Assembly (NCBI GenBank): GCA_046563655.1
Contig: CM102286.1
Coordinates: forward strand, 1,674,001 to 1,738,000
Length of the DNA: 64,000 nt
Direction of reading: 5' to 3'
DNA from: Yuukianura sp. NJ FZ-2021
Lineage: Eukaryota
Shown here: positions 56,049 through 64,000 of the stretch, piece after piece
How positions within the stretch are numbered: position 1 is the stretch's first letter
Layout of the letters: each line of letters opens with the position of its first letter
Program-made: the position numbers and the translations under genes
The notes under the pieces: generated by a model
The model's input: only the letters and a program-made list of their open reading frames with translations
Told to the model about the DNA's origin: nothing
Databases searched by the model: none

Positions 56049-56993
56049 ATGAATGTAGGAAACAGCCAATTTGTTGGAGAGGGTAGTAGTATTGTATCTG
56101 TTGGTCAAAAATTCCAAAAGAGAAAGTTTGTTTGTAAATTTGAAAATTGTACAAAACGATTTTTAACCAAAGGCGGACTCCAGTTGCACTCAAAAACACA
56201 TTTTCCAACCAAATTCCTACTCAAAGTAAGTTTACACTTTGACCTTTGACATTTGAAGTTCTAGAAAGAAAAAACTTGGAGAAATTTTGAAATGATTTTT
56301 TTTTTTCGAAATTTAGTGTTTCGAATGCGAGTTTACGTCTTTTCAAAAAGGGAACATGACCAAGCACTTGTCCAGTGTCCACGGTCGCACACTGGAAGGA
56401 GAATTTCTAACAGCAGATTTCAGTTGTACAATTTGTGACGACCGATTTTTAACTGAAAGTCAACTGAAATCACACACTTTAAGAAAACATACTTCTGCGC
56501 AAGACAAGCCATTTAAATGTCAACTATGTGACTACACTGCCACTGAAAAATCTGACTTGCGCAAACACATTCGCATTAAACACACCGGGGAACGACCGTA
56601 CGGTTGCGAATTTTGTGAATTCAGGTAAAAAATTCAAAATTTTTGGTTTAAAATCACCATTAATCAGTGATTAATTGATTAATTATAATTTGCAGGACTC
56701 ATACTGCCAGTGGAATTGCTCGGCACCGTCGAAGCCATACCAATGCAAAGCCGTTTCAGTGTCACCTCTGTTCCGACACTTTTGCAGACAAGAAACGACT
56801 GAGCCACCATATCATGCGACACAACAACGAAAAACCGTTCCGCTGTCTCAGTTGTTCCTATGCGACAAACCGAAAAGACAATTTGAAAACGCATGTGCGT
56901 AGAAACCATGTTGAAACGGCGGGAACGTCGACAATTCAAAATCCCGTTTTCGTAAGAATTACGACTGAAGAAAACCCGTTTTCTCTAAGTTGA
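56049..56993 (+). CDS. C2H2 zinc-finger protein (about 7 fingers), 3 exons
   Basis: Repeated CxxC..HxxxH fingers with HTGERPY and KPF linkers. Confidence 0.9.
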
Positions 56994-57352
56994 AAGTTTC
57001 AACTTGAAACCGACACCACGAAACGGTAAACGCGAAACGGTTTCCGACACCTCGTGTATCGTATGTAAAGTGACGAAATTTAAAATTCCCGCCAAACTCA
57101 AAACGAAGTTTTGTCGCGTAAAATGTACATGAATACTACATACGTGCAACGGTTTTCAATTCACAATTTCTTGTCATGTTTCCGTAGTAACTGATTTTGT
57201 ATAAACAAAAAATAAACAATTTTTACCGAGTCCTTCGCAGCGCAAGCACCAAAAACGCGGTAAGTTCGTCGCGTTGTCATTTTTTCGTTTTGTATTCGTT
57301 TCTTCAAAATTCTAAATTCTGGATGCCCTTCTTTTTCGCGTTCGAAATTGAA

Positions 57353-57556
57353 ATGCCTGTGATTACAATTAGTGCTTGGACCTTGGGTGTCATCTTGTGT
57401 ACATGCGTCTGCCCCCCACTTGGGGTACTTCTGGACCGGGGATTGGGCCCTGATCTCGCCATCAATTTGCTACTGTCACTTCTGACTGTTCATCACTGGC
57501 GATGGGGAGTCATCCCTCTCATTCACGGCCTCTTCGTTGTCACTTACCACGAATGA
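57353..57556 (+). CDS. Pmp3/RCI2/UPF0057-family membrane proteolipid (67 aa, intronless)
   Basis: ILCTCVCPPLGVLLDRGLGPDLAINLLLSLL...GVIPLIHGLFVV matches the PPLGV..G...IN.LL.LL...P.IHA.YV family pattern; two TM helices. Confidence 0.8.
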   Translation: MPVITISAWTLGVILCTCVCPPLGVLLDRGLGPDLAINLLLSLLTVHHWRWGVIPLIHGLFVVTYHE

Positions 57557-59013
57557 GTTGACCCCAAGGTCAACATCACTCCAAATTCTAAAACTACAGT
57601 AAGGATACCCGAATCCTTTCATTACCTTGGTCATCTAAGAAAAATTTCAGCGACTAATCTTACGTTTTTGTTTTGTCTTAGCTCAGAAAGTTACTGGCGG
57701 GAGATGATAGATGAAATGGAAATTTAAAATGGCTGACAGTTTGGCACCATCTCTTTGTTTTACTCTCTTTGCTTTGGGATTTCCCGCCTTAAATAACGGA
57801 GTTCAAAAGTAGAGGTCAACGAGCGAAGGTCAACTTCAATGAATTCTATGTGAACCAATAAAAGGCAGACGCCAGTCGTAAAAAAAATTAAATAAGCGAT
57901 AAAGCAACACTAAACTTCAAGGTTTCTGACTTTGGTTAACTTAACTGAATGTTAGATATTTAATTGGCCGTAAATTTGTTAATGTCGTGCCAATTAGTTA
58001 CGTCAATACTCCAATTTAATGTTTAAAATGTTCCAGAAGTGCCCATGCAGGATACATCCGAATGCGGGCGACATAGCAGATGACAGTTCGGTTTATGATT
58101 GGTTTGTGAATATAAATTAAGAAGGAACTCAGCTGTTTTGTCTTTAGTTTTAACTTTTAGCTGTACTGCGGTTAGTTTTTTAACAGCTACAATAATTAAC
58201 GTGGTAAAGCAGTTACCATAATTAACGCAAAGCTTAGATTAGTTGTGCGTTGCTGCATCGCTGCATGTTTCTCGGTAAGGCCTTCCGTCTTGTCAAATTT
58301 CTCAAGAAGACTGATTAATTCGTAAGTAATTGGATACTGCTCGGTTTTCAAAATCTATGTTGTTGGGACTCCATGAACAGCTGACTGGACATAAATTGAC
58401 GAGGATTCCTTAGAAGGTCAATGGATTCAGGTTTGTTGAGGATTTCGATAGCTTGAGGTCATTGCGCAGTCGCGGTTAAAACATTGTTAATAGTTTCTAT
58501 GATCTCGAATTTTGTATTTGTATCACAATATTTAAGTATTCTTTGGGCGTACACTTTATAGTGGTAAAAGATAAAGACGTAAGTCTTTCGTGTTATTCGA
58601 ACTCATCTTTGACAAATATGCCGACAATTTACGTCGTTGAGTACTAAAGAAGTAGTAAATTTGATATCTTCATACACTTAAACAATTTCGAACCGCATGA
58701 CGCTGAATGCGTGCCCTTTACCCTTTGACCTTCTGCGAACTCAACTCATAGTTTGCCGAATTGTTACTTCCTACGAATATCATTATACAAATCAGCTTGA
58801 GGAAATAAATGTTTTATAGCTTTAACACGCAAAAACTAACTTTTATTTATCTTTTTTTTGTCAATAGGCTCCAGTACTTTGGAATGAGGAAGACGCAATG
58901 GATGTCGGATTCTGTCAGTGCCTTTAACCTTTGTCGAGGAGATTTTTAGTCAGTACCAGAAGAAATCAACGACATTTTAGTATTAGTGAACCGTTACCAT
59001 TGTAGTAGTCATA

Positions 59014-61915
59014 ATGCCTGCATTGGTTGCATTTGGACGAAAATGGCAACTGGCAACTGATGACTTTGTGTTTCCTGGCCTCATTGATTTGCTAGTTCGC
59101 GTTGCGTGGTGAGCAGTTTATAACTATGACGTAGAAAACGAGTTTCGTGTCAAGAAAGTGACGATTGTCTTTTGTTTCAGGATAATTGCTGTTTGTATTA
59201 TTTATTGGAAACATGATGCCAACTTGGCATGTGAAGGTGGACATTACATGAGAATTTACCTCTATGGGAACTTCGCCATACTCCTGTGCTTCATCTTTAT
59301 CGATGTCATGCTAATTCAAAACAGTATGAGCAGCCACATCATGGACCAAGAAGCCAGGAAATACGTTGTACCAATTATATACATAAGGTAAAAACGTTTT
59401 TACAACGTCTGTTACTGAAGTTCTGCTGTGATCGCTAGTTTGGTAAACTACTGTTTGAATACTTCAGGCTTCTGCTTGAAGTTCCTGAAGTCGTTTGGAA
59501 TGCACTTGGAACAATTTGGATGATCGAGAATACCGTGTCCTGCCCGGAAGCTCCAGAAGCCGTTACTTATATGCAAGGTAATGTCAAAAATTCAAAGCAA
59601 TCATTTTTGAAAATTATTACGAGCATTTGATCTTTTTAGGTCTGATTTGGTTCAACTGGGCAGCTTCATTGTCCATCCTCATCGCAATTGCTTTAGCATT
59701 TGATCCTCTGGGATCTTCAAGTACACGCCACGAAGAAAGTGATTACGAGCGATTCGAAGCTGGGTTTCGTTCAACCCGAAAAACTCGTCTGTGGGAAAAG
59801 CGATGTAAAGTACTCATGTGTTCCTGCATGGGAACAGATGAAATGAGCCGAGATGCTTTCAAGGAAATGGGAAGTGAGTCTCACCAGCACCATATGTACT
59901 AGTAAAGTTAATGCCATCAACACTTTAACAAATTGTTTTCATACTTTTCCAGAAATCATCAGTTTGCTATTTGAAGATTTGGATTTTGTGCCTTCGGATA
60001 TTGCCGCTGGGTTGATTGTGCTCAATTTAAAGTGTAAGGCAGAAGCTGAACGTAGAACACGTAACGGAGTTGGGATGGAGAGCGACTCGGAAGAGAATTT
60101 GTTCAGTGTTGTTGCACATGAAGGAAGTATCAACAACGGGAACGGACACTTGAAAGTGAATTTCCGAATGTCATCTCAATCTGTCCAACATGATCCGTGG
60201 AACACACCGAGACAAATTAGTCACTTTATGAAGTTTGCCTTAGCATGTTACGTAAGTAATTGCAAAATTATAGTGTAAAAATCATAATTAACTTAAAATT
60301 AAACTATTTTACAGGGTTGGCCTTGGTATGTCGTTGCTCACATGAAAACTGGATTGTGTAGGTTATGGGAAAACATCCTTTGTTGTGGTTGTTGCATGTA
60401 AGAAAATTATCTCATTGGTTCACGTGACTTCCAAGTACGATTTACAAACGATTTTTTTTCTCGTAGATCTCATCCATGTAATGTAGAAGGTGACAACTGT
60501 TGCTATTGTAATTTCTCCGCGCTCAAGAACACTGCTAAACTTGATAATAGCGATATGTTGTACATTTCATTCAAAAACAATTTATTTCAAACGCCATTTT
60601 TTGTTGCGATTGATCACTCTACCAAGTCAATTGTAATTGCTATTCGAGGAACAATGTCACTACGAGACGCCGTTACAGATTTAATGGCACAAGCAAAACC
60701 TTTGGACGATGCAGAATTTCCCGCCAGTTTCAAAGTATGACGAAAACTTTCAAAGTTAAGACGTTTGTGTTTAACTGCGAAGTTAATATTTTTTTTTCAT
60801 GCAGGCTCACTACGGCATGATACTTTCTGCCAAAAATGTACTGGAGAAATTGGAAAGTCTCAAAATACTTCAAAAAGCTCGAAGCAGTTACCCAACTTAT
60901 ACGTTAGTCATTACAGGTCAGAATATTCACCAATTTTTTTTTCAATTTGAATCTGTTTTTGAAAATTTAGATAATCAAGTTTTGAAAATTTTGTTTTTTA
61001 ACATTGAACTGCTGTAGGACACTCATTGGGAGCCGGAACGGCGACCATCCTGGCCATGATTCTGCGCAAACAATACCCGGATCTACGATGTTATGCGTAA
61101 GTTTTGAAGTTTTGGCGGGAAAATAAGTGATTGGAGGGTTTCAAATTCATAATTTTGTGTACTTAAGGTACTCTCCACCTGGGGGACTACTGACACTAGA
61201 TGCTGCTAATTACTGTGATGAATTTACCACTTCGGTTGTATTGGGAGACGACATTGTGGCACGTTTGAGTGTCGCCGCCTTTGAAAAGTTCAAGGCCAAA
61301 CTACAAGAAACTATCAAGTATTGCAAAGTTCCTAAGGTAAGTAACATCTTAAGCGTTCTGTTGAAAATGAAAATTTGAATTTTGAGTTTCTTTTAATTTA
61401 GTACCGAATCATGATGGGTGGATGCTGGTATCTGTTGGTTGGCGGGATTCCCAAGAATATCGTTTCTAGCACAGAGCAGAATGCGGAGAGAAGTGGCAGT
61501 GATCTGCAACTGTTGCAGGGAAATGCTGAGACGAACTACCACACTTATGTTTCACTTGCTGAAGAAAGTTACCGACTGCATCGCGAAGCCGTTACAAAGT
61601 GTCCGATGTTCATGCCTGGAAAAATATTACTTGTCACGGAACGTCCAATTTTTCAATCCAGACCGGATTTGGTTGAAGGAGCTCGTTATGAGTACAGATG
61701 GGCAGCCAGAGAAGAGTTTAGTGAAATCCTGGTCACACCGAATATGTGGACACATCACTACCCTGACAATGTTTGGAGGTAGAGGCAACGCAAGCTTTAA
61801 AACTTTCGTTAAGCCAAGTTTTAACTAATTAATTTGAGTTCTTTTTTTTTTCAGAGCGTTAACCGACATTGCCAATTTTGAGCCTGAACCATTTTCGGTA
61901 TTCAGCAGTAACTGA
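59014..61915 (+). CDS. Diacylglycerol lipase (beta-like architecture, short C-terminus)
   Basis: [74 protein letters not shown] and HYPD. Confidence 0.92.
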
Positions 61916-62668
61916 ACTGCACCTCAGCAGCACTATACGAAGAGATTGAAATTCAAAACACGTTCCAAAATCTCACAAGATACAAGATCAATCTTTCACA
62001 TGTCACGTCTTTCACGTCGAGATTAACTTTGTTCGTTATCCCTGTAGTGACAGGATATCTATGTATGGTTATCCTTATCCCCTTATCCTTATATCCTTAT
62101 TTCCTTATCCCGCGTTGAAATTTTTGATTAACTACATTTTGTTCTTAGGTTTTACATACGGTTTGATTGATCTATATCGTTTGCTATGTAATGTAGAAAG
62201 TCGAGGTTTCGAGATTTGTTAAAATCTGAGATTTTTCAAAATAAGTAGGACCTATTTCTATTTATTGTGTAGAATCTAAAAATAATTTTGTTAATTTATT
62301 TTCCAAGTTTTAGTATCTTTTCAAACGAAAAGATAATAAAAACTTGATCGCTCACTTTTGGTTTCGTAAGGTACATTATTAGTATTAAGTTTGTTCTTTT
62401 TTTTTACATTGTTGAATACTTGAAACTTCAAGTGTCAACAATTGAAGTGTTTTTAGGAATTCACAGACTTGAATGTGGAACGCATGAAGTGTTTTTGAGT
62501 TCCGTTGTTTCTACACGCAGTGTAAAACGAGACAACCGAAATCGGAAAGGGGATCAACTGAAAGCGGGTTTTTTGTTGGAGATTACGGTAAGCGAAAAGT
62601 CATTTCTTGTAGGAATTAAATGGACTTTAGTCTTTTGTTGTTTTTGTTTTAGAGTAAATCGATCGACC

Positions 62669-62700
62669 ATGACAAAGGCCGTGGAGGATGAGCTACCTTG
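62669..62700 (+). CDS. Possible first coding exon (MTKAVEDELPW) of a gene continuing beyond the window
   Basis: ACCATG context followed by a strong GTGAGT donor; no downstream exon identified. Confidence 0.3.
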
Positions 62701-64000
62701 GTGAGTGAGAATTGCAATTTTAGTGATAAGCCTGCAAACAAAGAAGCACTTTGGTTCCAATGTCACTTTCACCTTGAACGTCAATATGTCATCTACTTCC
62801 CTTCAGGGACGCCCAAATTAGGTCTAAAAATATACCTAATGTATCTGCTCTCCTTTCTAAAAGTTGCGATTAATCTATTGTTTGTGGCTAATTCCTTGAG
62901 TTTGGTTACTTTTCAGGTTTTATAGGAAGGGATTTTAAATTTTTAATTACATTTTTAGTTACAATGATTCAAAAACATCTACTTTTTCGTTTTCAAACAT
63001 TTTTGAAATTGAACTTTTATGTTTTCGTTTTCGCCCTGAGGGCAGTGGAATGTCAATTACTTTTTCCCGGAATTCCCAATTTTCCAAAATTTGTTTTATC
63101 CTATAAGAAGCGGAAGTATTTTATTTCATTTCCTTTCATTAAATGAATGGATGTTTACGGACTGAAAGGAAAGTGAGTGAAATGTTCCTGAAATCAAATT
63201 TTGAAAAGTTAGCTACTTATTGAAATCGGATTTTACAATACAGTTTCTCCTTTTTGTTCAGATTTGATGAAAATTTTGAATTTTCATTTGCTTTTAATAC
63301 ATTTAATACTTTCACCAGTGGGAAAATTTTGGACGGAAACGTTATGTTATAAAATAGTTTCAAGTTACTCTATTTTGTGGACAGTTTAGCTCATGATTTC
63401 AGTGAAAAGTTTTGTTTTGTAAACTTTTGGAGTGAAAAGTGAAGGAACCATACTGTGAATACAGCTCGTTAAAATCCAAATCCGGAAGCTGTCAAAACTA
63501 TTTACTCGAAATTCCACAAATATCATTTACTACATCTCAGCATGAACTTCCAAAAGTTTAAAAACAGTTTGGCTCAATTTCAAAATGTAGTAAACAAAAG
63601 TTGAAGAGAAAAAAATTGTTGACTGTGTTTTTTGTAAACTTTGACAAAAGAGAGCTTCGGACTGAAAAAAAAATAATAAGCTCACAAACTTTACCGATAA
63701 CTATAACTGACAAATTGGATGGAAAATTTGTCAAACGATTTTCAAAATTTGTCGTTTGTGAAAAGAAAATTCAAAAAGTGGATTTGGACTATTGTAAGCC
63801 TTTTGAACACAAAGTTCTTGTGAAATCACTTTCACTCTGCTCTCCACCTTAACATTTTATGAATATTACTTTTTCAAGAAAAGTTTTTTTTTGTTATGGC
63901 ATCACCAAGTGAAAGTGGAAAGTCTGTGATGGAAAAGTTGCGCTTCATAAAGCAATGTCAGACACAAAAGTAAAATTTTATGAAATACTTTTCAAATTTC

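Noticed and set aside
62070..62111. (CCTTAT)n-like run downstream of the DAG lipase
   Set aside because: Ordinary degenerate microsatellite.

Overview
Gene-dense, AT-rich eukaryotic genomic DNA with about 27 protein-coding genes and mostly 55-90 nt GT-AG introns. It is clearly animal and most consistent with a small-genome arthropod such as a springtail (inference; not provable from this window). Recognisable genes: MTF-1, two alpha-arrestin-domain genes, a stefin-type cystatin, SREK1IP1, ZCCHC4, a Kazal inhibitor, three co-oriented carboxylesterases, a MATH-domain gene, a tandem-KH gene, two DAG lipases, RTEL1 and a C2H2 zinc-finger gene. The strongest candidates for novelty are three genes of non-animal appearance embedded among these: an OSCA/CSC1 channel resembling oomycete proteins, a tandem pair of secreted fungal-type single-domain cupredoxins whose second copper-ligand His is replaced by Asn, and an intronless Pmp3/RCI2 proteolipid. 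The OSCA and cupredoxin genes carry host-type introns. Also notable: a secreted precursor predicted to release a 39-aa peptide with 20 His, a two-domain CS-alpha/beta-like Cys-rich protein, a signal-peptide-bearing stefin, an oversized self-complementary intron in ZCCHC4, and intronic palindromic elements with AACCTAA cores. Gene models were spliced by eye, and family assignments come from recalled motifs, not database searches. CDS coordinates span start to stop, including introns.
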